32,000 nucleotides of DNA from Desulfotalea psychrophila LSv54. GTDB lineage: Bacteria > Desulfobacterota > Desulfobulbia > Desulfobulbales > Desulfocapsaceae. The notes beneath the pieces were generated by a model that was not told where the DNA came from, made no database searches, and saw nothing but the letters and a program-made list of their open reading frames with translations. The stretch spans positions 3,210,001 through 3,242,000 of the forward strand of contig NC_006138.1 of NCBI RefSeq assembly GCF_000025945.1, written 5' to 3'. This document shows, one piece after another, positions 18,991 to 28,633 of the stretch. A program made the translations under genes and the position numbers. The first letter of the stretch is position 1. Each line of letters starts with the position of its first letter.

Positions 18991-19448
18991 CTTCGTGCGG
19001 TCGCCCTCTTGCAGAAGCTCGCAAAGCCCTAAATCAATAAAATGACCCTTGCAGGGATCTGCAAAGACCATTTTATTGCTCCGACAGCCCTTGCATGAAC
19101 CCGCAAAGACCATTTTATTGCTCCGATAGCCCTTGCACGAACCTGCAAAGACTGTTTTCTTGAGTAGACAACCCTTGCACGAACCTGCAAAGACTGTTTT
19201 CTTGAGTAGACAGCTCTTGCACGAACCCGCAAAGGCTACTTTAGTGCTGAGATAGCGTTTGCAGAGACCTGTAAGGATAATTTTATATCTAGGTCAGGCT
19301 TTGCACGCCTATCTGCTTGCTGTCGTGTCTGAGTTTTCTGCATAAAAACCTTCTATTTGCAGTGCAGTTCACAATACCTTGTAAGCATGAAACCAATGGC
19401 AGCCAACGGCTTAGACGATATTCCAAGGGATTAGGACTTCGTGCGGTC
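18991..19448. repeat. imperfect direct repeats bracketing array B
   Basis: GGAATAGAGCTTCGTGCGGTC (ending 19002) and GGGATTAGGACTTCGTGCGGTC (ending 19448). The shared 12-mer CTTCGTGCGGTC lies at 18991-19002 and 19437-19448. Confidence 0.7.
19021..19312. repeat. intergenic array B: about 6-7 degenerate tandem 42-bp units
   Basis: Unit starts (GCAAAG-like) at 19021, 19061, 19103, 19145, 19187, 19229 and 19271. The first step is 40 bp, the rest 42 bp. Typical unit GCAAAGACCATTTTATTGCTCCGATAGCCCTTGCACGAACCT. Confidence 0.9.
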
Positions 19449-19513
19449 CCAATTATTAGTAACAGAATTTGAGCTATAAAATTTTACAGAAAACTTCAGA
19501 AGGAAAGCTGACA

Positions 19514-19996
19514 ATGCAATATGGTATTAAAGAAATTCAGGCCGAGCAGGACGAGGCAGTTTGTCGAATCATTAAAGCCGTCGGTGCTGAGCACGGAGCC
19601 ATCGGCGAAGGTTTTGGCCCCTCCGACCCAGAAGTAGAGAGAATGAGTCATTTCTATATGGGAGAGCAGAAGAGTATCTACCTTATTGCCACAGTTAATG
19701 GTCAAGTTGTCGGTGGTAGTGGTATTGCTGCCTTCAATGGCAGTGCTGAGATCTGTGAACTGCGAAAACTATTTTTACTGGCGGAGAGTCGTGGCCTGGG
19801 GCTGGGCAAAAAATTAACCGATGAATGTTTAACCTTTGCCCGCGAAAATGGCTACAGGCAGTGCTATCTGGATACCCTTGCCAATATGAAACCAGCAATA
19901 GCCCTCTATGAGAAGTTGGGATTCAGACATCTGCAGAGACCACTTGAGGGTACCATCCACAGCGGTTGCGATGTTTGGATGCTCAAGGATCTATAG
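19514..19996 (+). CDS. GNAT family N-acetyltransferase
   Basis: GSGIAAFNGSAEICELRKLFLLAESRGLGLGKKLTDECLTFARENGYRQCYLDTLANMKPAIALYEKLGFRH. ATG at 19514 is preceded by AAGGAAAG; the upstream TTG start at 19469 is less likely. Confidence 0.92.
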   Translation: MQYGIKEIQAEQDEAVCRIIKAVGAEHGAIGEGFGPSDPEVERMSHFYMGEQKSIYLIATVNGQVVGGSGIAAFNGSAEICELRKLFLLAESRGLGLGKKLTDECLTFARENGYRQCYLDTLANMKPAIALYEKLGFRHLQRPLEGTIHSGCDVWMLKDL

Positions 19997-20084
19997 AGCA
20001 GGAAAAGAGTAACAGGACGTATGACCCGCCTGCTACTCGATGTAAGGCTCCTCCCTACTGAGAGGAGAGGAGCACTATCAATCA

Positions 20085-21398
20085 CTACAAATCAAGCTCA
20101 CACATGGCAAAGACAGCATTGGTGAGGAACTCTGCCGCAGGGGCAAGGGTCGCCTCGTTGAAGTCAAAGCGGTAGTTGTGATGACCTGCTACAAGTTCGG
20201 TGCCCGCCAGACAGTAGGAGGCAATGCCACCCTGCTCCTGAACTGCGGCCATGAACTCGGTCACATCATCACTGCCACCAAATTCCACATAGTCCTCGAT
20301 AAGTTCAGACTGAAAAAAGGAGACCTTCTCGGCAGACTGGCGCAGAAGGGCAATCATTTCAGCATCACTCTCACCACTCTTACAGCCACCCATCATCTTT
20401 ATCTGCCAGGCCTGATCATACATCCCGGCACTATGCTTAATAACCTTCTTGGCCTTTTCCAACATAAAGTCATTGAGTTCCGTAGTCTCCCCACGAGTCT
20501 CTGACACCAGAGTTGCCTGAGCCGGGATGATATTACGTCCCTCTCCCGCCTCCATGCGACCAACGGTTATACGGGTGGCCCCACCTGAATGACGAGGAAT
20601 GGCATGCATATTCAGCGAGGCAGTGGCCGCCGCCAAAAGAGAGTTCTGCCCCTCTTCCGGATAGGCCCCCGCATGGGAGGAGACACCGGTAAAGTGAGCA
20701 TCGAACTTACTGGTGGCCAAAAACTTACCAGCGCCAAGGATCAATCCGCCGGTATGAAATGCCTTAAAACCCATATGACAACCGACAAGGGCCTTTATAC
20801 CATCGACCACGCCCGCCCTGACCATGGGCAGGGCGCCACGCACCCCCTCTTCTGCCGGTTGAAAGATAAGGCGAATGTTTTGCGATACAGACTCCCGCAG
20901 CTGAGCAAGAGCCAAGGCAATACCAAGACCAATAGTGGCATTACCATCATGACCACAGGCATGACAGGAGCCATTGTTCCTGGAGGAAAATCCCTCATCA
21001 AAGGGGCGATGTCCCACCTCCTCACACTCCTGCAGGGTGTTTGAATCAATATCAAAACGCAGGGCAATCCTGGCGGCGGGGCCAGCCTTAAGATCGGCTA
21101 CCAGACCGGTAAATCCACCGCGCATTTTTTCTACGAGATCCGGATTTGCCCCCTGTGCTATTGCCCTCTCCGCTGCCGCATGCAGGGCCTCATCGTCGGG
21201 CAGTCCCATCCGGAAATCGGCATCAAGCACCTCACGCCCCATCTTGACATGATAACCTGCCTCAATGAGAATATCGGCAATAAAGGCAGTGGCCCAAAAT
21301 TCTGTCCAACCACTTTCTGCATGATTATGCAGTTTGCGACCAAACTCAACCAAACGTGATTCCAGTTCTTCTAGTATCCGATGAATTTTTTCAGACAT
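20085..21398 (-). CDS. M20 family amidohydrolase, p-aminobenzoyl-glutamate hydrolase subunit A (AbgA)-like
   Basis: LHNHAESGWTEFWATAFIADILIEAGYHVKMGREVL, RMGLPDDEAL, GGFTGLVADLKAG, HACGHDGNATIGLGIA, IFQPAEEGVRGA, GVSSHAGAYPEEGQNSLLAAATA. Confidence 0.85.
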   Translation of the reverse strand: MSEKIHRILEELESRLVEFGRKLHNHAESGWTEFWATAFIADILIEAGYHVKMGREVLDADFRMGLPDDEALHAAAERAIAQGANPDLVEKMRGGFTGLVADLKAGPAARIALRFDIDSNTLQECEEVGHRPFDEGFSSRNNGSCHACGHDGNATIGLGIALALAQLRESVSQNIRLIFQPAEEGVRGALPMVRAGVVDGIKALVGCHMGFKAFHTGGLILGAGKFLATSKFDAHFTGVSSHAGAYPEEGQNSLLAAATASLNMHAIPRHSGGATRITVGRMEAGEGRNIIPAQATLVSETRGETTELNDFMLEKAKKVIKHSAGMYDQAWQIKMMGGCKSGESDAEMIALLRQSAEKVSFFQSELIEDYVEFGGSDDVTEFMAAVQEQGGIASYCLAGTELVAGHHNYRFDFNEATLAPAAEFLTNAVFAMCELDL

Positions 21399-21800
21399 AA
21401 AACCTCCTAAAACATTTTATGGGGAGATAGAGCGCTCTCTGCTACCAGATGAAAAGCATACGATCACAAAAGAGAAAGGGAATAAGACCCTTAAATATTT
21501 CTTCAACCCGGACAACACCACCAAAGACAAAGGCATTAAGCCCCATCGGAGGAATATATCTAACAATCTTGTTGGATTTCAAATAGTTGATCGCAAAGGT
21601 ATAGTTTTGGGCCAAGCACTACATACAAAAAGCATATCTATATCAATGTTTTTCACACATTTCAAGGAAGTTTAGCCTTACATTAAGAGCAGCTTTTTGG
21701 GGAAAGATATAGAGGAGAGGAGGGGGCGAAGAAATAGGGGGCGTGAAAAACATTCACCCTGCACCGAGAGGAGCAGGATGAATATTTACTGGGTAAAAAA

Positions 21801-22688
21801 TTAGCTCACCAGTGACTGACGCATGGCCTCAAAGAGGATGACCGCGGCAGCGACAGAGCTGTTCAAAGAATCCAGCTCACCAACCATGGGAATTGAAAGT
21901 TGGATATCACATTCACGTCGAACAAGGGGACGAATACCTGTTCCCTCACTACCAACAACAATACAGGCTGGCACATTCAAATCGGCATCAAAGAGAGAAA
22001 CAGCATCGGCATCCTTGATGGCCCCGAAAACCCAGGCGCCAACCTTCTTCAACTCGGCAAGGGATTTCACCAGATTTGTTACCTGACAAATATCCATATG
22101 CGAAATAGCGCCAGCAGAGGACTTTGCCGCAGTACCACCAAGCGGGGCTGAACGCTCCCGGGTCAACAGCACCCCGATGGCCCCGGAGGCCAGGGCAGAG
22201 CGAACAATAGCGCCAAGATTATGTGGATCCTGCAAAGAGTCACAGACAATAATACGTGGTTTTTCGCCCCGATCTACGGCATCTTTAAATTTCTGCAAAA
22301 AATCTGCAAAATCCATCAGATCTGCCTGGGTAACCTTGGCGATAACACCCTGATGACGGGCACTGGCCGCCCCATCTCCCTGCAGTGAGATAGAATCAAT
22401 AAAGGTTACCTTCACCTTAGCAGCTCGGGCAAGCTCAACAATTTCATCAAACTTGGCGCCCCTTCTATCCTTTTGGGCAATAATCTCACTAATACGATTC
22501 GGCTCATACTTAAGTGCCTCTACAATGGGGTGAATGCCCCAGATAAGATCTTCACTAAAGCGAATGCGCCGATCTTGGGTCGCAGCTTTTTTATCCTGAC
22601 CGGCAGATTTATTATCTCGACGAGGAGCACCACGATCTGCCTTTGCCTGAACACCTGATCCAGCTTGGTTTGTTTTTTTATTTTTCAT
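21801..22688 (-). CDS. rlmB: 23S rRNA (guanosine-2'-O-)-methyltransferase RlmB / TrmH family
   Basis: IWGIHPIVEALK, VCDSLQDPHNLGAIVRSALASGAIGVLL, VGSEGTGIRPLVRRECDIQLSIPMVGELDSLNSSVAAAVILFEAMRQ SPOUT motifs. Confidence 0.92.
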   Translation of the reverse strand: MKNKKTNQAGSGVQAKADRGAPRRDNKSAGQDKKAATQDRRIRFSEDLIWGIHPIVEALKYEPNRISEIIAQKDRRGAKFDEIVELARAAKVKVTFIDSISLQGDGAASARHQGVIAKVTQADLMDFADFLQKFKDAVDRGEKPRIIVCDSLQDPHNLGAIVRSALASGAIGVLLTRERSAPLGGTAAKSSAGAISHMDICQVTNLVKSLAELKKVGAWVFGAIKDADAVSLFDADLNVPACIVVGSEGTGIRPLVRRECDIQLSIPMVGELDSLNSSVAAAVILFEAMRQSLVS

Positions 22689-22690
22689 TA

Positions 22691-23308
22691 TTACTCAACA
22701 ACTAATTTTATAGGTAAGCCTGCAGGAGTTCTGCGAGACTTTGCTCTTTCTGCCCAAATAATTGATTTAAGAAGTGTTGACGCCTGGGCAAGATCATCAT
22801 TTACAATCAAATAGTCATACTTACGAGACGACAGCATTTCTCCTGCGGCATTGCCCATACGCAACTTAATTGTCTCTTCACTGTCACTTCCCCTCTTACG
22901 CAGTCGCTCTTCCAGAACACTGAGATCAGGCGGAGCAATAAAGATATAGGTCGCAGGCAGGCTTGCTGACTCCATTAAGATAGTCGCACCCTGTACATCT
23001 ATATCAAGAACAACATCAACACCCTCAGAGAGTTGAGCCATCACGGCTTCACGGCTCGTACCATAGTAATTTTTATGCACATAGGCCGATTCAAGAAAAA
23101 TGCCCTTTTCCTGCATCTCTATAAAGTCTTCCTGCTCGACAAAATGGTAGTCCACCCCGTCCTGCTCTCCTGGGCGGGCAGTCCGAGTTGTGTGTGAGAT
23201 AGAAAAATTCAGCCTCCCCACATTTGCCATAACCCTTCCAAGTATTGTCGTTTTGCCAGCTCCTGACGGGGCAGAAATAACAAAAAGCTTCCCTTTATTC
23301 ATTTTCAT
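22691..23308 (-). CDS. gmk: guanylate kinase
   Basis: [64 protein letters not shown]. Start at ATG 23308 or 23302 rather than 23344. Confidence 0.95.
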   Translation of the reverse strand: MKMNKGKLFVISAPSGAGKTTILGRVMANVGRLNFSISHTTRTARPGEQDGVDYHFVEQEDFIEMQEKGIFLESAYVHKNYYGTSREAVMAQLSEGVDVVLDIDVQGATILMESASLPATYIFIAPPDLSVLEERLRKRGSDSEETIKLRMGNAAGEMLSSRKYDYLIVNDDLAQASTLLKSIIWAERAKSRRTPAGLPIKLVVE

Positions 23309-23594
23309 TATATACCTTTTTCCCCTGTTCCCTACACTCTCCAAGCTGTAAATCTATCCTCATAGCCTGTAACCTTTGACTTATTGTATCGGATTGAACC
23401 GACGAGAGAACAACATGGTTGGAGTCCATAACAAGCATAGACCTCGTCCGACGCCCCTCTGTTACATCAATAAGTTTACCATTTTTTTTGGCAATCTCTC
23501 GTATCTTGCGAGCGGGCGATGAACCTGTGTTAACAACCGCAACAACCCTACCCACCATCACCGTATTGCCAAAACCAACATTGAGAAGTTGCAT
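23295..23594 (-). CDS. DUF370 / RemA-like regulatory protein
   Basis: [74 protein letters not shown]. Located directly upstream of gmk, as is common. Confidence 0.9.
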   Translation of the reverse strand: MQLLNVGFGNTVMVGRVVAVVNTGSSPARKIREIAKKNGKLIDVTEGRRTRSMLVMDSNHVVLSSVQSDTISQRLQAMRIDLQLGECREQGKKVYNENE

Positions 23595-23682
23595 ACAGCA
23601 CCCTTTGAAAAAATTCTTCCACTCGGTAACCACCTTCCCCAGAACCCCTTAAGGGTCTGGAGAAAATATTACCTGTAAAAAA

Positions 23683-24576
23683 TTATTCGATATTCTGTAT
23701 CTGCTCACGTATCTTTTCCAACTCACTCTTAAGGGCTACCGTAAGATGGGCTATATCTGCATCGTTGATCTTTGAGGCAATGGTATTCACCTCGCGCAGA
23801 AATTCCTGAATCAAAAAATCCAGTTTACGACCAACGGTCCCTTCCTCTTCCACAAAACGGGAAAACTGAGCGATATGGCTACGGAGACGAACAATTTCCT
23901 CTGTCACATCAGTCTTATCCGCCAAGAGAGCTATCTCTTGGGCAAGACGAAGAGGATCAAGCTGAACATTGTCGAGCAGCTTCTGCAGTCTCTCCTGAAG
24001 AGCCTGATGACGCTGAGCCACAAGCGCAGGAACATGGAGCTCTATCTCTTCAACGGTCTTTGAAAAAAATCTCAACCGGCCAAGCAGATCCTCCATTAAA
24101 ATTTCTCCCTCCTGAAGACGCATAAGATCGCAACCCGTAAGGGCAGCCTCTATGGCTCCAGAGAGGACAGGCCAGACAACCTCTTCAAGATCCTCACTCT
24201 TTTGCTCCCGAACCAAGACCTCAGGGAACGTTGCCAACTGGAGTGCTGTCAGCTCAGAAGCACAGCCACAGCTCTCTGCAATTCCACCAAGGGCATCCTG
24301 ATACTTTTGGGCAAGAGAGGTATTCACCGAGAGCTCTACCAAATCAGAAAAATCACCCTGAACATTAACCAGCAGATCCACACGTCCACGCTGAAAATGT
24401 TCTGATACGGCGTTGCGCACTCGATCTTCCAGACTTGCATAGCCCCTTGGCAATTTTATTTTCACATCCAGATAACGATTATTGACACTGCGAACCTCGA
24501 CATTCCAAGTGCGAGTACTGTTCTCCGCTTCCCCTCTGCCAAATCCCGTCATACTCTTAACTGACATAGTTTTCAC
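23683..24576 (-). CDS. YicC/YloC family endoribonuclease
   Basis: SMTGFGRGEAENSTRTWNVEVRSVNNRYLDVKIKLPRGYASLEDRVRNAV and C-terminal GRKLDFLIQEFLREVNTIASKINDADIAHLTVALKSELEKIREQIQNIE. Confidence 0.95.
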   Translation of the reverse strand: MKTMSVKSMTGFGRGEAENSTRTWNVEVRSVNNRYLDVKIKLPRGYASLEDRVRNAVSEHFQRGRVDLLVNVQGDFSDLVELSVNTSLAQKYQDALGGIAESCGCASELTALQLATFPEVLVREQKSEDLEEVVWPVLSGAIEAALTGCDLMRLQEGEILMEDLLGRLRFFSKTVEEIELHVPALVAQRHQALQERLQKLLDNVQLDPLRLAQEIALLADKTDVTEEIVRLRSHIAQFSRFVEEEGTVGRKLDFLIQEFLREVNTIASKINDADIAHLTVALKSELEKIREQIQNIE

Positions 24577-24687
24577 TCTCTATGTTATTTTTTATTTCGC
24601 TCTGATTTTGAAGCTATGATCCCTTTAGGGGCGGCAAAAAAATGCCCTCAGGCTACCCTTTACAACAAAGATAGGCATAAAACAACA

Positions 24688-24720
24688 AAACGATACAGAG
24701 GAAATCCTCTGTATCGTTTT
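24688..24720 (-). terminator. intrinsic terminator downstream of ompH/skp
   Basis: Near-perfect hairpin AAAACGATACAGAGGA-AA-TCCTCTGTATCGTTTT flanked by A/T tracts. Confidence 0.85.
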
Positions 24721-24762
24721 TCAAGGCTAGCATAACGCTACCCAAAGTAATCTCAAATAAAA

Positions 24763-25287
24763 CTACTTAGCCATAGCTGCATCAAGCTTTTTGAGAATTG
24801 TAGAGGTAACCAGAATGCCGTCATCATAATACAAGACACCTGACTTCGCCTCTAGAATGGCAGCATAACCATTCTTTTCACCAAAGGCAGAAACCACCTT
24901 TTCAAGGGATCCCAAAATAGGTTGGAGTTCCTTGTCTTGAAATTTTTTCAAGATCATACGGCTGTTATTTTCCTTGACTTGAAAAGCACGTACCTTCACC
25001 TGAAAATCACGGATCTTTTCAGCAGCCTTCTTTTCGCTCCAAACACTGCTCTTCTTATCAATTTCTGTCTTTAAAGTATCAAGAGCGAGCCGATCAGCCT
25101 TGAGATCTCCCTGCACACTCTTTACCTTTGCCTCAACGCGAGCTGAAGCGGTCTTACCCGCCTTGCACTCAGTAATAATTTTCTGCACATCCATCACGCC
25201 AATTTTAGTTACGGCAGCGTAGGCAGATGAAACAAAAAGAGCACAAACGGATAGAACAACCACAAAGAGTGACTTTTTATAATTCAT
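24763..25287 (-). CDS. OmpH/Skp family periplasmic chaperone
   Basis: MNYKKSLFVVVLSVCALFVSSAYAAVTKIGVMDVQKIITECKAGK signal peptide, long coiled coil, LQPILGSLEKVVSAFGEKNGYAAILEAKSGVLYYDDG. Confidence 0.88.
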   Translation of the reverse strand: MNYKKSLFVVVLSVCALFVSSAYAAVTKIGVMDVQKIITECKAGKTASARVEAKVKSVQGDLKADRLALDTLKTEIDKKSSVWSEKKAAEKIRDFQVKVRAFQVKENNSRMILKKFQDKELQPILGSLEKVVSAFGEKNGYAAILEAKSGVLYYDDGILVTSTILKKLDAAMAK

Positions 25288-25326
25288 ACCTTCCTCAAAA
25301 TAAATTTGTGCGTCAGTCAACTAATA

Positions 25327-25860
25327 TTATTTAGCAACAACGAAATCACAACGACGGTTTTGGCTCCAAGCATCTTCGCTTTGTCCATTGAGCAAGAGAC
25401 GCTCTTTACCATAACTTACGGTGGTCAATCGAGCCTCTTCAACACCTAAATCCATCAGGTATTGCTGGGCGCTAAGGGCACGACGTTCGCCAAGGGCCAT
25501 ATTATACTCATCGGTACCGCGAGAATCGGTATTACCTTCGATGCGTACCATATAATCAACATTTGCATCCATAAAGTCAGCATTTACCTGTACGCGTGGT
25601 TTTTGATCTTCGCCCACAGCAGATGAATCAAAGTTAAAATAAACAGGAAGCATTCCTTCAGTGGTACGCGCTTCACCGATACCCAAGGGAACAACAACGG
25701 TATCAAGGGGTTCTTCAATTACCACAACCTCTTCAACAACCTCTGTCATCAAAACAGGATCAGCACACTCCTCACCTGGTTTTACACAGGTACAACCAGC
25801 CAGAGTCAACACAGAAAGTCCAACAAGTGCAGGGAACAACAATTTCACATTTAAAGTCAT
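25327..25860 (-). CDS. OmpA-family peptidoglycan-associated lipoprotein (Pal-like)
   Basis: Lipobox VLTLAGC. PVYFNFDSSAV, IEGNTDSRGTDEYNMALGERRALSAQQYLMDLGVEEARLTTVSYGKE. Start assigned to ATG 25860. Confidence 0.93.
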   Translation of the reverse strand: MTLNVKLLFPALVGLSVLTLAGCTCVKPGEECADPVLMTEVVEEVVVIEEPLDTVVVPLGIGEARTTEGMLPVYFNFDSSAVGEDQKPRVQVNADFMDANVDYMVRIEGNTDSRGTDEYNMALGERRALSAQQYLMDLGVEEARLTTVSYGKERLLLNGQSEDAWSQNRRCDFVVAK

Positions 25861-26282
25861 GACAGGAACCTCCTCAGGTATATACTGTTCGTCACCAAAC
25901 AGCTTATTAAGCAACACAAGCACGATAGGCAAAAGCATAAATCTGCAAACACAGAAAAATCAATCACCTTTGCAGGATGCTTTACCATTTAACAAATAAA
26001 GAGAACTATTTGCAACTGATACACAAATATACTTATTTATATCTGCCAGAGGACGCAAATTCAAGATTTTTTTAATCATCACTTTCTCTAAGAGTGATTT
26101 TGATGTTAAATTTAGGTTTAAAAACAGGGTTGCCAGCCACCTCCTGTGATTTTTTGATCAGAAAGCAACCTTGACACATTTTTCCTATAGTGCTATTTGA
26201 CTTTTCGGTTTATAAAATATGATACTCTAAAATTCACCTGCCCCTGACAAGGGGGGCATTTCATAATCGAGGCGAGAAAACC

Positions 26283-26708
26283 ATGGCAAAAGCACATATT
26301 AGTCCCAACAGAACGACAGACAAAACAATTCGAGCAATAGATAGAAAACGAGAAAAAGAGCGCAAACGTATGTTTCGTGCCGTTAAAGAATACGCCGATG
26401 ATTTTGCCGTAAAACTTACCCAACGTCTTATCGATCACAAGATCATTGAAGTTGATGCTGTTCAGGCTATTCAGGACACTTTTCGCGACCAGCTACAACT
26501 GCTTGAGCGTCTCGATGAATATGATATTACGCTCAAAGTTGCGCCAGTCCGTACCATTGCTCAAGACCCAAATATTGTGAGCCTCTACTTCACCCAGTAT
26601 ATCATTGAAGACCTCATCAAAAACCCTGCCGTCTTTGATGTTTACGGAGATGACCTCGATATTTACCGAGCAGTAGATTCAATTTTTCGGGTTTTGCGTG
26701 CATCATGA
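26283..26708 (+). CDS. conserved hypothetical protein, translationally coupled to a radical SAM gene
   Basis: 141-aa ORF with continuous coding character, overlapping the downstream radical SAM start by 4 bp. Confidence 0.7.
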   Translation: MAKAHISPNRTTDKTIRAIDRKREKERKRMFRAVKEYADDFAVKLTQRLIDHKIIEVDAVQAIQDTFRDQLQLLERLDEYDITLKVAPVRTIAQDPNIVSLYFTQYIIEDLIKNPAVFDVYGDDLDIYRAVDSIFRVLRAS

Positions 26709-27994
26709 TACATCCACACACACTACCCAATTTAGTTTTTGCTGATGAGAATGGCGAGATTACTGACTTCGACGACCTGAAAATGGTTGGCATGAGTAAC
26801 GGTCAATTTTATAAACCAAGGCTTGAAGATATCATTCCACTCCCCGAAGGTAGTGAGCTCTTTGCCCTACCGGGAAGATTACCCATTGCCTGGGAGCCGG
26901 ATGAGGGCGAGCCTGTTCTCCTGGAAGCAAACCCATATACCCCTGAGGAGGGTTTACAGGCCGTTGCCGCCTTTATGTCACCTGCCCATACCTCCATCTA
27001 CACCAGTGCCTACCAAACCGAGGAGGGTGCGCCGACACTTCCCCTCTTTGCCTATACGGCGGTAGGTTGGCTCGATGATCGCTTTTGGGTAGCTGCCTTT
27101 CGAAGTGACCCCGACACTCGTCAAGATTTTGAAAATGTCAAGCAGGTTACTCTTGAGAAAAAAACCCAGAAAAAACTTCAGGAAAGCAGGGACAATAGGC
27201 TGATACAGCACATAGGAAAATGTTGTCTCACCTATGGATGTCCAGCTGCAAAAAATTATTTTCTGGGCAGATGGGAAGCGCCACTACCAACATCTCCTGT
27301 CTGTAATGCCCGTTGCCTTGGTTGCATATCCCTGCAAGAATCAGGTGAGTGCCCATCAACCCAAGACAGACTTTCTTTTGTCCCCACCCCTGCCGAGATA
27401 AGTGAGCTGGCCATTGCCCATATCATCGCAGCAGAGCGACCCATTGTCAGCTTTGGACAGGGATGCGAAGGTGAACCGTTGATGCAAGCAGATACCATCG
27501 GCAAGGCTATTAAACGTATCCGAGCAGCAACCCCCCTTGGTACCATTAATCTCAATAGCAACGCCAGTCTTCCCGACAGCATACAGCATTTGATAGAGTG
27601 TGGTCTTGACAGCCTGCGGGTGAGCATGAATTCAGCTCAGGAAAAATACTATAATAACTACTATCGCCCCAAGGGATACACTTTTAGCGATGTTAAACAG
27701 TCCATCGTTAATATGAAAAATGCTGGTCGATTTGTTTCGCTTAACTACTTCATATTACCTGGAATCACCGACTCAGAAGACGAGTTTAAGGCATTTTGCG
27801 CCTTCCTCCATGAAAAAGAGCCGGACTTTATTCAACTGCGAAATTTGAATATGGATCCTGAGTGGTATCTTTCTGAAATTGGCTTTGACAAAAATGCCAA
27901 AACAATGGGCATCCCAAATTGGTTAGCTGCCCTGAAAAAAGAATTCCCCAAACTTCGTTTTGGTTATTTCAACCCATTTTTGCCGGAATTTTAA
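26705..27994 (+). CDS. radical SAM domain protein
   Basis: CNARCLGC (CxxxCxxC) cluster motif, FGQGCEGEPLM, TPLGTINLNSNASLPDSIQHLIECGLDSLRVSMNSAQEKYYNNYYRP, LNYFILPGITDSEDE. Confidence 0.92.
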   Translation: MIHPHTLPNLVFADENGEITDFDDLKMVGMSNGQFYKPRLEDIIPLPEGSELFALPGRLPIAWEPDEGEPVLLEANPYTPEEGLQAVAAFMSPAHTSIYTSAYQTEEGAPTLPLFAYTAVGWLDDRFWVAAFRSDPDTRQDFENVKQVTLEKKTQKKLQESRDNRLIQHIGKCCLTYGCPAAKNYFLGRWEAPLPTSPVCNARCLGCISLQESGECPSTQDRLSFVPTPAEISELAIAHIIAAERPIVSFGQGCEGEPLMQADTIGKAIKRIRAATPLGTINLNSNASLPDSIQHLIECGLDSLRVSMNSAQEKYYNNYYRPKGYTFSDVKQSIVNMKNAGRFVSLNYFILPGITDSEDEFKAFCAFLHEKEPDFIQLRNLNMDPEWYLSEIGFDKNAKTMGIPNWLAALKKEFPKLRFGYFNPFLPEF

Positions 27995-28055
27995 AAAGGC
28001 CATTTGATAATTATTGATTTTTCGTCTGTTTTACTTTACCCTAAGTGATAATTTT

Positions 28056-28074
28056 TATTATTAACATGATAATA
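28056..28074. promoter_or_regulatory. candidate PerR/Fur-type operator
   Basis: Inverted repeat TATTATT-AACAT-GATAATA (6/7 paired) in an AT-rich leader directly upstream of the Fur-family gene. Confidence 0.4.
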
Positions 28075-28126
28075 CTATTATTTTTAGTGTTATATAAAAC
28101 AGACAAAACAATAATTTGGTTTGATT

Positions 28127-28531
28127 ATGAATTCCCTGCCTAATATGCGCCTGACAACTCAGCGCCAGATAATCCTCGAAGAACTGGCGCGAGTTACATC
28201 TCACCCTACTGCAAACGAAGTCTATGATATGGTTAGAAAGAGGTTGCCACGCATTGGTCTTGGCACTGTCTATCGCAACCTTGAGCTGATGGCAGAAGGT
28301 GGCATCATATTAAAACTTGAGGTGGGCGGAACCCAAAAACGTTTTGACTCCACCACCACCCCCCACTACCATATTCGCTGCATCGGTTGTGGTAAGGTTG
28401 ACGATATTGATGTTCCCGTCCAGACAGAGATTAACGTCAAGGCTAACGCTGCCACAAACTACACTGTTTTGAGCCACCATATCGAGTTTAGTGGTATCTG
28501 CCAGGAGTGCCAGAAGAGAGAGGCAAATTAA
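28127..28531 (+). CDS. Fur/PerR family transcriptional regulator
   Basis: RLTTQRQIILEELARVTSHPTANEVYDMVRKRLPRIGLGTVYRNLELMAEGGIILKLEVGGTQKRFDSTTTPHYHIRCIGCGKVDDI...CQECQKREAN. ATG at 28127 preferred over TTG 28121. Confidence 0.93.
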   Translation: MNSLPNMRLTTQRQIILEELARVTSHPTANEVYDMVRKRLPRIGLGTVYRNLELMAEGGIILKLEVGGTQKRFDSTTTPHYHIRCIGCGKVDDIDVPVQTEINVKANAATNYTVLSHHIEFSGICQECQKREAN

Positions 28532-28633
28532 TCTCTCCCCTGAAAAACTTCTGTCAGCGCCAGAGCAACAGTCTGATAAGGCCATGGAGGGCTCCATGGC
28601 CATTTTTCTTTTAACTACAATTCCCCAGATCTG

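Noticed and set aside
18892-19232. minus-strand ORFs 18892-19113 and 19029-19232 over array B
   Set aside because: Same reasoning: repeat-generated open frames, overlapping each other with no recognisable domain.
19021-19312. Array B as a CRISPR array
   Set aside because: Adjacent units are similar across their full 42 bp with no unique spacer segments.
20795-21252. ORFs on either strand inside the AbgA-like gene (20589-21044, 20974-21252, 20795-21067)
   Set aside because: Out of frame with a full-length, motif-supported M20 amidohydrolase.
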